A stretch of DNA of 64,000 nucleotides from a virus. Within the stretch, counting starts at the first letter, position 1; each line of letters starts with the position of its first letter. Positions 20,900 through 29,635 of the stretch are shown piece by piece. The stretch is taken from IMG/VR virus record IMGVR_UViG_3300043470_000815, one strand, 5' to 3'. The notes under the pieces were generated by a model. That model had not been told where the DNA came from, ran no database searches, and saw nothing but the letters and a program-made list of their open reading frames with translations. Made by a program: the position numbers and the translations under genes.

Positions 20900-21277
20900 T
20901 TATTTAGTATAAACCTTTCGTATAGGTTTAAACTGTGCTTTTTTAGATTCGTTTACAAGTTCATCAATGGCCAGTTGTGCCTTGGTTGGATTGTCATAAT
21001 AATAATATCCAAAACCTTCGTGCATCCAAGTTTTTGCATGTTCCCAAACAAATACATACTTAAATTTTGTCCAAGACCATTTTTTAACGTGTTGCTGAAT
21101 AAAATATCGTGATGAACCATCGAATTGTGTCTCTTCGATTATCATAAAAGATGTAAGTAATTTTTTATTAAACATTTGGAAATACATTTTCGTCATAAAA
21201 TTTTTGCATGGCATTCCAGCAAAATAGAATTTCTGTTTCAGACACGGGGCGAAAATGCCAAGCATCAACACCGACAT
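20900..21277 (-). CDS. hypothetical protein (true start probably near 21146)
   Basis: C-terminal part resembles 21810-22112; annotated N-terminus overlaps the phosphoesterase. Confidence 0.55.
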   Translation of the reverse strand: MSVLMLGIFAPCLKQKFYFAGMPCKNFMTKMYFQMFNKKLLTSFMIIEETQFDGSSRYFIQQHVKKWSWTKFKYVFVWEHAKTWMHEGFGYYYYDNPTKAQLAIDELVNESKKAQFKPIRKVYTK

Positions 21278-21737
21278 TAATCATCTTTGGTTGAACTTTC
21301 CAAAGTCCATGAATGTGTCCTGTGATTGCGAAATTATAAGCAGTGTCATCCAAGGCTTTCTTGCAATTAATTGGATAGTGGTTTAAATATACCAAATTAT
21401 CACCTAATAACAAATCAAATGATTCATAAATATGGTCGAAATAATCATGTAATAATCCTATATGTTGTTCATCGTAATTTCCAATTATTAAGTTAAATTT
21501 GGAATTAGGATACCTCGATTTTAATGAAGTTAACCATAAATGACATTCGGTATCATACAATACGTCTCCCAAATGCCAAAGGGTATCGCCATCTTTGAAA
21601 TCCGAATTAAAAAATCCGTCCATAATCGCGTGATTTTGCTCATTAATAGATTTAAACGGTCGGTAAAATAAGTTTGGCTTTCCATCAATTCCAATGCGTG
21701 GATCGCCTAAGTGCCAATCGGCTGTAAAGTAGTTCAT
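21168..21737 (-). CDS. calcineurin-like metallophosphoesterase
   Basis: ADWH, LGD, GNYD, LNHYP, GHIH motifs. Confidence 0.9.
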   Translation of the reverse strand: MNYFTADWHLGDPRIGIDGKPNLFYRPFKSINEQNHAIMDGFFNSDFKDGDTLWHLGDVLYDTECHLWLTSLKSRYPNSKFNLIIGNYDEQHIGLLHDYFDHIYESFDLLLGDNLVYLNHYPINCKKALDDTAYNFAITGHIHGLWKVQPKMINVGVDAWHFRPVSETEILFCWNAMQKFYDENVFPNV

Positions 21738-21809
21738 TTCTTTTAATTTGTTTTTAATTTTATATAGAACCTACCCCAATTTTAAATAATTTAACTGTTA
21801 GGGAGGGTA

Positions 21810-22112
21810 TTAAACCAATTCAGTCGTTTTATATTGTGATAATAAATGTTTGCGTAATTGTTCCAATGATTTTTCAGCAGCATCTAATGTTGAAAACGTG
21901 CTACTTCCATCCGACCAAATATAATTTCCTATTTCATCTTCAATACGAGGTGCTTCATCCCAACTTTCAACTGTTTCAAATTTAAACATTGACCAATTGA
22001 ACTTGCGTTTAATGTTGCGTTGACGAATACGATAAACAGTATCGTTTTCCGTTAAATATGGAAATGAAACTTTTTCGATCCTAAATGTGTAATTAAATTC
22101 TTGTGGATTCAT
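21810..22112 (-). CDS. hypothetical protein
   Basis: 100-aa ORF. Confidence 0.65.
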   Translation of the reverse strand: MNPQEFNYTFRIEKVSFPYLTENDTVYRIRQRNIKRKFNWSMFKFETVESWDEAPRIEDEIGNYIWSDGSSTFSTLDAAEKSLEQLRKHLLSQYKTTELV

Positions 22113-22123
22113 AATATTTTATT

Positions 22124-22864
22124 TTAAAATTGTAAATTATCAAAAACATAAGGTGTTTTAAAATCAGCAGTCCAATGTGTATTCCCATCGTGACTAATCC
22201 ATAAGTCACCATTTTTGAAATACTTTTGTCCAATGAACCCATAATTTAATGCAGAATATTTAATATTGCCCCACGGGACTTTAACCCGCACATCATAACC
22301 ATCCTTATCACCAATAATAACAATGGCGTTACGTTCCACCCGCTGTTCAATTTTCCCATTACCATGAATATCCATGAATGGAATATAAATTCGTTCAGGA
22401 TCAACGGTGTTAACGTATTCCAATAATAAAGGTTGGTGCTGCATAGAACGCCCTTCCGGTATTTTTACAACAATCCATGAATATTCAGAATAAGCATCTA
22501 TCATTTTATAAATCCATTCGGGAACGGCTTGTTTCCACCCTATCAATATATCTACCAATTCCGAACCATTAGTGGTGACAATTTCATACATTCCACATTG
22601 TTCGATTGAAATAGATTTACCACCTCGCGATCCTTTTGTCCATTCATTGGCAAAGAACTTAGATAAATCATTTAAGAATTGACTATATTCCGATGAATCA
22701 TGGAATGTAATCTTTTGATATGTGGGAATTGGTAACATCATTACCGCCCCACCTTTCGGAGCAGTTACATTGTTCGCGTATGCCAATAAATGTTTTTTAT
22801 TGGGCAATATGGTTGAAAATATTTGGGTCGAATTGACCACTACGTCTGTGTTGAATATACACAT
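22124..22864 (-). CDS. conserved hypothetical protein
   Basis: MC..TQIF..YANNV..AVMMLPIP..CGMYEIV..IPFMDIHG. Confidence 0.75.
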   Translation of the reverse strand: MCIFNTDVVVNSTQIFSTILPNKKHLLAYANNVTAPKGGAVMMLPIPTYQKITFHDSSEYSQFLNDLSKFFANEWTKGSRGGKSISIEQCGMYEIVTTNGSELVDILIGWKQAVPEWIYKMIDAYSEYSWIVVKIPEGRSMQHQPLLLEYVNTVDPERIYIPFMDIHGNGKIEQRVERNAIVIIGDKDGYDVRVKVPWGNIKYSALNYGFIGQKYFKNGDLWISHDGNTHWTADFKTPYVFDNLQF

Positions 22865-23143
22865 TTTATTATAAATTTTTTATTAATTGTGACCAACCTA
22901 CCTAGATTGGTTATTTTTTTTAATTAACCCAATAATAAACCGTCAACGTTTTGTAATGCGTTTCAGTTCGTCGTTTTTTATATCGGTTGGATGTACATGC
23001 AAAAGGTACATATTTTAATTTTAATGTACCTTTTTCTAATTCGTCAGCAATAAAGGATTTTATTGTTTGGTCGGGATAATAACCACCCACATCCAAAATC
23101 GTAAATTCTGAATATTTTCGTGCTAATGTAATTTTAGATTCTT

Positions 23144-23473
23144 TCATTTTCTCCAACTTGGAATGTAATCTTGAATGCACTTATTTGCGGTTGCTTCACT
23201 GATTATTTCGGTCATTTGATTTACATCTAAGTCGTTAATTGTTTCTTGATTTTTAATAGTAAATTTACCTATTGTCATAAGTGTAACATCATACAAATCT
23301 TTGCCGTTTATTTTTATTTCAAAGGCATTGAATCCGCATGTGTTTTTAGCACAAAAAAGAATGCCTAAACCATTACCGTTACAAGCCAATTTTTTTGTAG
23401 TTCCAATATTAAATAAGAACTGTTTGCCTAAAATAGACTCTAATTGACTTAAAATTAAAAATGTGGTTGTCAT
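23144..23473 (-). CDS. conserved phage hypothetical protein
   Basis: ILxQL..FL..IG.KK..NGLG..INGKDLYDVT pattern; behind promoter 23503. Confidence 0.65.
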   Translation of the reverse strand: MTTTFLILSQLESILGKQFLFNIGTTKKLACNGNGLGILFCAKNTCGFNAFEIKINGKDLYDVTLMTIGKFTIKNQETINDLDVNQMTEIISEATANKCIQDYIPSWRK

Positions 23474-23502
23474 TGTATTTAAATTAGTTGTGAATTATGA
23501 TA

Positions 23503-23554
23503 CAAAGATACGACCTCCCACCCCAACAAACAAGTCTATTAACCAATTGTTAAC
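23503..23554 (-). promoter_or_regulatory. Bacteroidota sigma70-type promoter
   Basis: GTTAAC..GTTAATAGACTTG-N~20-TATCTTTG. Confidence 0.8.
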
Positions 23555-23589
23555 AAGTTATTCATTCTGAATAACCAAACGAAGTAATT

Positions 23590-23630
23590 CAAAAAACAAA
23601 GGGAATGTATATTTCTACACACTCCCTTTT
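23590..23630 (-). terminator. rho-independent terminator
   Basis: AAAGGGA..TCCCTTT stem with T-run on minus strand. Confidence 0.55.
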
Positions 23631-23637
23631 CCTATTT

Positions 23638-24063
23638 TTAACCTTTCAATTTCCTTAATTGTTCTTCAAGATCACCCAATGTAACGTTTTTATCACGTTC
23701 AGCGGCAATCCTATCTTCTAGTTTTCTGATTTCGGCTTGTTTGGTTTTTTCGGCGGCGGAATTTTTTTCTTTATCCAACTTGTAACCAATCGTTAGATCA
23801 ATGAACTTATACCACGTATCCAGCCTTTTTTCCAATTTAGATTGGTCTTCCGTCTTAGACCACGAGTCAAGGTCATTGAGTTGATTTTTTTGCCCTTTAA
23901 GGGTCTTTAAAAGCAATCGTAGTGATACTACACTTGCGGCGTTTATGATTTCCCAAGGATTGACCATGTTCGCCCCGAATTTTCCTTCCAACACATCTTC
24001 ACTAAATGATAAGTCAGTATAAAGGGTTCTTAATGTTTGTAAATTTTCTTTTGTAAATTCCAT
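23638..24063 (-). CDS. hypothetical coiled-coil protein
   Basis: 141 aa, charged helical C-terminus. Confidence 0.7.
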   Translation of the reverse strand: MEFTKENLQTLRTLYTDLSFSEDVLEGKFGANMVNPWEIINAASVVSLRLLLKTLKGQKNQLNDLDSWSKTEDQSKLEKRLDTWYKFIDLTIGYKLDKEKNSAAEKTKQAEIRKLEDRIAAERDKNVTLGDLEEQLRKLKG

Positions 24064-24179
24064 AGATAAAATTTTTAATTTTATTTGAGTGATAATTTAA
24101 ATTTATTGATTATTGATTTTAATTCCTACTAGATTGGTATTATTTTCCGTTAGGTAGGGTTTTGATTTACTGTTAAATA

Positions 24180-24288
24180 AGTCGGAGACAATATCCCGCG
24201 TGGCACTACTGCCATGAACCCTTTTATTATTTAACGTCGGGGTTAGGAAACCCGATTACAGTTTTAAAAGTTTGATACGTCTCCGACT
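24180..24288 (-). ncRNA. candidate structured ncRNA downstream of the vWA gene
   Basis: perfect 10-bp terminal helix AGTCGGAGAC/GTCTCCGACT extended by GTATC/GATAT, enclosing two hairpins. Confidence 0.6.
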
Positions 24289-24323
24289 GTATTTTTAAAT
24301 CCTACCAATCTAATAGGAATTGA

Positions 24324-26171
24324 TTAAATTGTGTTTTGTTTTATTAATTCATAACGGTTTGACATATACAACGTTTTCAACGGTAAGTAAGTATCAATAA
24401 CATCTAAATCGTCAATATTCTTAAAGATTTGATTAATCACACCTGCATTATAACCCATTACGTGTAAAGTATTAGGAACTCCAGCGAACTTCGATGGTTC
24501 GTCCCTACCAGTCACAACGTCCCAAATAACTACAACACCATCCCACCCATAATTCAACATTTTGCGACGAAAATCTAACATGGATTGTGCTGCATTACTT
24601 AGACGATTCATATCACCATCCGAAACAACAACAAAAACGGGATACCCTTGTAGTTGTTCAATTTTATGCTGTTTAGTTAATGGGTCAGATTCAATCCACC
24701 TACCTAATGTGTCGGCAACTGATGTGAAGTTTGTACTTCCACCATTAGAATCAATGAATTTTGATATATTTCCATAGTTTTCACTAAAAGGTTTAGTACG
24801 ATCAATTAATTTTTCTACCTTAGTTGCAACACCTTGTAAAAAACGATTTGGGCGGGTTGTGCCTGTTGAACCATCCGTGTAAACATTTGCTTCCGATCCG
24901 AATGTAATAAGGACGTTATCTAATTCATTGGATGGATTTTTTAACATTGTAATTGTTGATAGCAAACGAGCCATAAACGTTGCAACACCTGTCATACTAC
25001 CCGAAATATCCGCAATTGTCAATACTGGAACATCGAACTTAACTTGATCCAAAATACTTTGTGCATTTAAATTCAGTTGGGTGGTGGATTGTTGCATCTT
25101 TTCCAAAATACTAAACATCGTTTCTCCACCCGTGTTGACTTTGGCCGCTTTTTTAACCTGTGATAACGCAATTTTATCTTCTTCACTGGCAGTTCCTAAA
25201 CGGATTTTTTCAGTCAGTTCACGTTGCGTTTCTTGTAATTTGGCTTTATTGGTTTCCCATTCAAGTAACCATTTTCCTAAGTCATTTTTCCACTTAGATT
25301 TTAATTTATCATCACCATCCAACAACCTACGACGGGTACGGAAACGTGCCGATGACGGCATTTTATCCAACAAATCATTAAATTGAATTTTGTCCAAATC
25401 GTTAATTTTTCCTGTTGAAAATAGAACACTTTCCAATTCTTGGTTGTATTGTTTTTTCCATTCAGCCAACCCCGTGAATTTTTTGTATTTTTCACCACGT
25501 GAAACTTCCCACCCTAATTCAACTGATAATAAATCGTAAAATTTACTACGAAGTTTCATATTGGCTTTGACTAAATCAGACAAATCACGTTGACCAACCT
25601 TTTCACGGGTTGTACGGTCTAACTTTTGACGCTTAGATGTTCGCACGTTTGTTAGGAATTTTGCAATTATCATACAATCCACCACATTACCTTTACGGAT
25701 AATATTTGCGAGGTATTTTGCAACTTCCGATAGATCAACACATTCCAACATGTTAATGTTTTCGGTTACTTGTTTACTACCAGTTTTTGTCTTGACACGT
25801 GATGCTAATACGTTGTCCAATGTGGTATATTGCCTTATACAATCGCTTGTGACGAACTTTAGGTATTGGGTTGGATGATTTAGCCTTGTCCAATTTAAGA
25901 TTGTCCTAAACGCTTCACGGTTGGAATTACCACCGTTATCTAACGAAGTTTCATTTCGTAGAACGTTATGTGTTCGGTTGGAAATGTCGCCACAACTGAA
26001 TGCAATTATCCAAAACAATTGTTTTTCTTGTTCGGTTTTACAATCGCGGAATGCGTTGGTTAGAATTGCGGGTGTAATTTTACCTGATTGGGCAGCCTGA
26101 TAAAATTCAAATAAAGCAAGTTTTCCATAAAATGGATTTTCACTTGCGGGAGTTTTTAATGAAACTTTCAT
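24324..26171 (-). CDS. DUF2828-like (TROVE/Ro60-related) vWA-domain protein
   Basis: C-terminal vWA with MIDAS DISGS, STNF, VVSDG, VVIWDV, VMGYN; N-terminal helical region with GGNSNREAFRTILNW..HP resembling DUF2828. Confidence 0.7.
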   Translation of the reverse strand: MKVSLKTPASENPFYGKLALFEFYQAAQSGKITPAILTNAFRDCKTEQEKQLFWIIAFSCGDISNRTHNVLRNETSLDNGGNSNREAFRTILNWTRLNHPTQYLKFVTSDCIRQYTTLDNVLASRVKTKTGSKQVTENINMLECVDLSEVAKYLANIIRKGNVVDCMIIAKFLTNVRTSKRQKLDRTTREKVGQRDLSDLVKANMKLRSKFYDLLSVELGWEVSRGEKYKKFTGLAEWKKQYNQELESVLFSTGKINDLDKIQFNDLLDKMPSSARFRTRRRLLDGDDKLKSKWKNDLGKWLLEWETNKAKLQETQRELTEKIRLGTASEEDKIALSQVKKAAKVNTGGETMFSILEKMQQSTTQLNLNAQSILDQVKFDVPVLTIADISGSMTGVATFMARLLSTITMLKNPSNELDNVLITFGSEANVYTDGSTGTTRPNRFLQGVATKVEKLIDRTKPFSENYGNISKFIDSNGGSTNFTSVADTLGRWIESDPLTKQHKIEQLQGYPVFVVVSDGDMNRLSNAAQSMLDFRRKMLNYGWDGVVVIWDVVTGRDEPSKFAGVPNTLHVMGYNAGVINQIFKNIDDLDVIDTYLPLKTLYMSNRYELIKQNTI

Positions 26172-26225
26172 TAATTTGTAAGTTAATAAGTGAAAAAAAA
26201 AATAAAATACTACCTAATGGTTAAA

Positions 26226-26447
26226 TTAAGGCAATTTTGAATATTCATAAATTATACGCATTTTATCCCATAATTCTATTTCGATTTCTCGTTCATCGGG
26301 TAATGAAAATATCAAAGTTCTTTTCATTTCGCCTATTCGATAAGATGAAATATTATTTATTTCGGGTATTAATGCTTCGTAAAATTGTACGAATTTTCCG
26401 TTGGGAGTTAAATCTTTGAATATTTCGGATATTTGTGATTCTGTCAT
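26226..26447 (-). CDS. hypothetical protein
   Basis: 73-aa ORF between RNA elements and vWA gene. Confidence 0.55.
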   Translation of the reverse strand: MTESQISEIFKDLTPNGKFVQFYEALIPEINNISSYRIGEMKRTLIFSLPDEREIEIELWDKMRIIYEYSKLP

Positions 26448-26486
26448 ATTAAATTTATTTAATCTTTTTATTGTTAAATTATTAAG

Positions 26487-26600
26487 CAGGGGTTATTGGA
26501 CTCGAACCAATATTTCGACCTTGGAATGGTTGTTAAATGAATTGTAAGTAATCAAATGAATACTTTAATTTACGCGTCCTACCAGTTAGACTAAACCCCT
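26487..26600 (-). ncRNA. tRNA-shaped RNA with inserted helix-ACAAU module
   Basis: acceptor AGGGGTT/AACCCCT, D arm GTCT..GGAC, T arm ATTGG-TTCGAGT-CCAAT; hairpin AAGTATTC/GATTACTT + ACAAT between D arm and a weak TCC anticodon arm. Confidence 0.75.
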
Positions 26601-26781
26601 TAATTGTTAATATTAGGCAAGAACCAAAAAATATATGAATATTACATATATCCACTTCTTAGGAACAATACTGTGTTTTTGATTCCTACCCATTTATTTA
26701 AAGTTAGTGTGAATAATATTCACCGTGTTTGTAACAGAAATCTGTTACTTAAAGAGACAGAAGGTAAACTTCTGTTTAAAA

Positions 26782-26880
26782 AAATCCACTTGTTGTTGTC
26801 CACCACTGGACGAATCACCATACATGAAGGTAAATATAAGAATCGAACTTATCATTTTTTAATGTATTGTAAGTGGATTT
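26782..26880 (-). ncRNA. Y RNA (YrlA)-like circularly permuted tRNA mimic
   Basis: terminal helix AAATCCACTT/AAGTGGATTT + ACAATAC; inside in order T arm (ATAAG-TTCGATT-CTTAT), loop-closed acceptor-like stem, D arm (GTCC-AGTGGT-GGAC). Confidence 0.75.
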
Positions 26881-26934
26881 AAAATTTATGTTTAAATCCC
26901 GATAGAATTAAAGTTAATCTTTGTGATTTAATTG

Positions 26935-27086
26935 TCGGGGAGGTGGGAATCGAACCCACGTTGTATAATATATCAGATTATTTTATATGTTAAAAGTATT
27001 GTAAGTAAATTAAACTCTGAATTAATCGTTAGTATTTTAATTGATAAAGTTTTTAATCTACTCATTTCCAGCGTTTTAACTCCCCT
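26935..27086 (-). ncRNA. tRNA-shaped RNA with helix-ACAAU module in place of the anticodon arm
   Basis: acceptor GGGGAG/CTCCCC, T arm GTGGG-TTCGATT-CCCAC, internal helix GAGTAGATT/AATTTACTT + ACAATAC. Confidence 0.7.
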
Positions 27087-27092
27087 GTATTT

Positions 27093-27311
27093 CTAAAATC
27101 TTTTCAACTTTTCGTATAAATCCCAAAAAACACTTCCTATACAAATGAATGTTCCTGTACATAAAACAACGAAAGATATTTGCAATTTAATCCATGTCGA
27201 TGTATTATACGCACCATTATCATCAGCATAAACCGAAATAGCCGTCAATACAACTATATTAGAAAACGCTAAGTATAAGAAAAACAATTTACTAATTAAT
27301 TCGATGCTCAT
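27093..27311 (-). CDS. small membrane protein
   Basis: two hydrophobic helices. Confidence 0.6.
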   Translation of the reverse strand: MSIELISKLFFLYLAFSNIVVLTAISVYADDNGAYNTSTWIKLQISFVVLCTGTFICIGSVFWDLYEKLKRF

Positions 27312-27631
27312 AGAATATTCCGTTTGCGGTTAAATATCCAGTTACATCTTCTTTGTATAAAAAGTGCATTACTGGACAAAATTTACCATTGTCATTAAGA
27401 TAACCGAATACATATTCGGTATTACCGTTAATCGGGTCTTTTGGATATAAAAAGGATTCAAGTCCTTCAAAGTTTAATATTGATGTTTGTGTCATTTTAT
27501 TTTAAAGTTTAATTATTTAATTTAAAAAATGAACTATTTGGACTGAAAATATCCACCCTATTCACACTCGACTTTACTTGCATAGTTTCCGACCGTATAG
27601 GCTCTTGTTGTGACAATAGTTCATATTAAAA

Positions 27632-28192
27632 TTAAGCGTATGCTGTCCAACTTTCTTCGCCACCATCCCAAATAGAACACCAACCATATTCAGTACTTAC
27701 ATACGGTTTACCATCAGATAAACACTTGATTCTTTTTACCCAAGGTTTTTCGTTCTTAAAATCATCCTTGATTGGTGTACAATAACCAGTCATATCACCA
27801 GTTGCACGACGATTTTGCTTAACCTCCCTAAGTTCCAACGTTTGACCTTTTACTTTTGTTACTTGGTAAAAGTTGATGTTGGTTTGTTCCCAACCCCACG
27901 AGTAAACGAAAATATCACCTTCGCTAACTTTGGCAGTTTTTACTAATTCAGCAATTTTTTCACGACGGGCAACTTTAATAGATTCCGATTTTTGATATTC
28001 GGCAATGGTTTCGGCAGCCCATTCATTTCTGCGTTCTTCACTTTTAAAGTAATAATTCTTCAAAGTTTTAGTTTTGCTGTACTTTGCTTTTGGTGTATTT
28101 TGTACAAGTTTGGCGGTTGGTAATCCGTTGGCGTTGTTACCTGTTTCGATGTAAAATTTATCGGTGATGTTGATAATGTTAGTGGTTGTCAT
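27632..28192 (-). CDS. conserved phage hypothetical protein
   Basis: GDIFVYSWGWEQTNINFYQV motif, widespread in phage early regions (recall). Confidence 0.75.
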   Translation of the reverse strand: MTTTNIINITDKFYIETGNNANGLPTAKLVQNTPKAKYSKTKTLKNYYFKSEERRNEWAAETIAEYQKSESIKVARREKIAELVKTAKVSEGDIFVYSWGWEQTNINFYQVTKVKGQTLELREVKQNRRATGDMTGYCTPIKDDFKNEKPWVKRIKCLSDGKPYVSTEYGWCSIWDGGEESWTAYA

Positions 28193-28254
28193 TGTGTGTA
28201 AAGTTTAAATGTTTAATAAAATGTAAATAAAATTTATTTCCTTTAATTATACCA

Positions 28255-28306
28255 CAAAGATACTACCTCCCAACCTATCCCACAATAGCATTAACTAACT
28301 GTTAAC
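28255..28306 (-). promoter_or_regulatory. Bacteroidota sigma70-type promoter heading the RNA/vWA unit
   Basis: GTTAACAGTTAGTTAATGCTATTG-N~20-TATCTTTG. Confidence 0.8.
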
Positions 28307-28398
28307 AATAACGTTCAATTCTTTTTAAAAGTTATTCAGTTTAAATAAGCGAAAAAAACAGTGTGTTGTTACACCAAAAGTATTCATTTGTTTTCTTA

Positions 28399-28518
28399 GT
28401 TGCCGTACCATTTCAAATGAATGTGTAGTATTTAATTACAACCTTTTGTATTTATCCCAAAGCACATCACAAACTACTGTTACCATAATTTGCATTTCGC
28501 ACATGGCGGGTACTCAAC
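28399..28518 (-). ncRNA. candidate structured RNA
   Basis: ORF-free; long-range pairing GTTG-A-GTACC / GGTAC-GG-CAAC enclosing several possible hairpins. Confidence 0.35.
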
Positions 28519-28755
28519 TACTCTTTAAACGATTGCTACCCTCAAGCACACGTCCTATCTTTTTCGGTTATTTAAACTGAATAACGTTACTTCCGTTTTT
28601 TACTACGAATTACGGATTGTACAATCGAACCAACCCCACTATTAATCGGAATCGCGTAACGTTTTAATTCTTGTGGTAAGCGTTTAAATTCATATTCATC
28701 AAGAAATGAACCAGCCTTCCAGTGTTTAAATGGTATTGATAGTTTGTATTTCATT

Positions 28756-29034
28756 TTATTTTTTACTCGAATGTACAATTGTGTCACCTAACTTAAAATC
28801 ACCTCCAGCCATAATTACCGATCCGGGCGTGATAATGTTTTTACCAGTTATGTGTAGGTTGGTTGGTTCGGGTTTAACTTCATTCCTTAAAATTTCTTTA
28901 AGTTCATCGCTATCTTTCCACCGATCCCACCAATCGTTAAAGTCTGAATTATTTTTGCCTAAATTATAGGCTTGAAAAAGTACGTTTTTTAGTGACATTT
29001 GTTTTAAATAATTAATTATTGAACTGGAAACCAA
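28756..29034 (-). CDS. hypothetical protein
   Basis: 92-aa ORF. Confidence 0.55.
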   Translation of the reverse strand: MVSSSIINYLKQMSLKNVLFQAYNLGKNNSDFNDWWDRWKDSDELKEILRNEVKPEPTNLHITGKNIITPGSVIMAGGDFKLGDTIVHSSKK

Positions 29035-29234
29035 ACAGTAATTACACTGGCGGGAGGCATGACTATTCCAATAGCATGAATAACTTCCATTTTGTACGGT
29101 GATGCGAAATCACATTGGCATAATTTGACAAAGTTATGAATGTAACAATACAATCCAAATACGATTAACGCCCCGTATAATAGGCAACCTACCTTTGACA
29201 TTCCTGTGAGTTTTGATTTTACTTTAATTGACAT
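29016..29234 (-). CDS. small membrane protein
   Basis: hydrophobic; KLCQCDFASPYKMEVIHAIG resembles a common phage membrane protein (recall). Confidence 0.65.
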   Translation of the reverse strand: MSIKVKSKLTGMSKVGCLLYGALIVFGLYCYIHNFVKLCQCDFASPYKMEVIHAIGIVMPPASVITVWFPVQ

Positions 29235-29507
29235 TTTATTTTAAGTTTATTAATTACTAAATCCACCAAGATCAGTGTAATCTTTCAATTGTTGAATCAA
29301 TTCATCAGTTTCTGTTGAATTATCAATTAAATGCTGTTCAATTACATACCGTTTGGTTGTATCATTCCAAACCGACAACGTTGTTTTTCCTGACGCACTA
29401 TCAGTTTTATATATAAACTGTAAGTCTTTATACGTTTCAACTGTTAAGTAACCATTTATACTTGATGTGTGTTGTGTCATAAAATTTTTAAGTTTTAAAA
29501 GTGTGGG

Positions 29508-29614
29508 TGGAGTATTTGGGAATCGAACCCAAACATTACCAGTGCCGGAAATCGCCTATTTCGGAAATCGGTGCGGACTAATTACAAGTAATTCTGCCTT
29601 TAATTTAATACCCC
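29508..29614 (-). ncRNA. tRNA-like RNA with ~40-nt structured insert in the anticodon arm
   Basis: acceptor GGGGTAT/ATACTCC, D stem AATT/AATT, T arm TTGGG-TTCGATT-CCCAA; no canonical anticodon loop. Confidence 0.65.
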
Positions 29615-29635
29615 TTGAAAATAAGAATTAATTTA

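Noticed and set aside
26604-26882. 92-aa plus-strand ORF
   Set aside because: Overlaps structured minus-strand RNA elements and has no promoter or homology cues
26935-27086. tmRNA (GGGG start, T arm at end)
   Set aside because: Only ~150 nt, with no tag ORF, pseudoknots or G3:U70-type Ala identity
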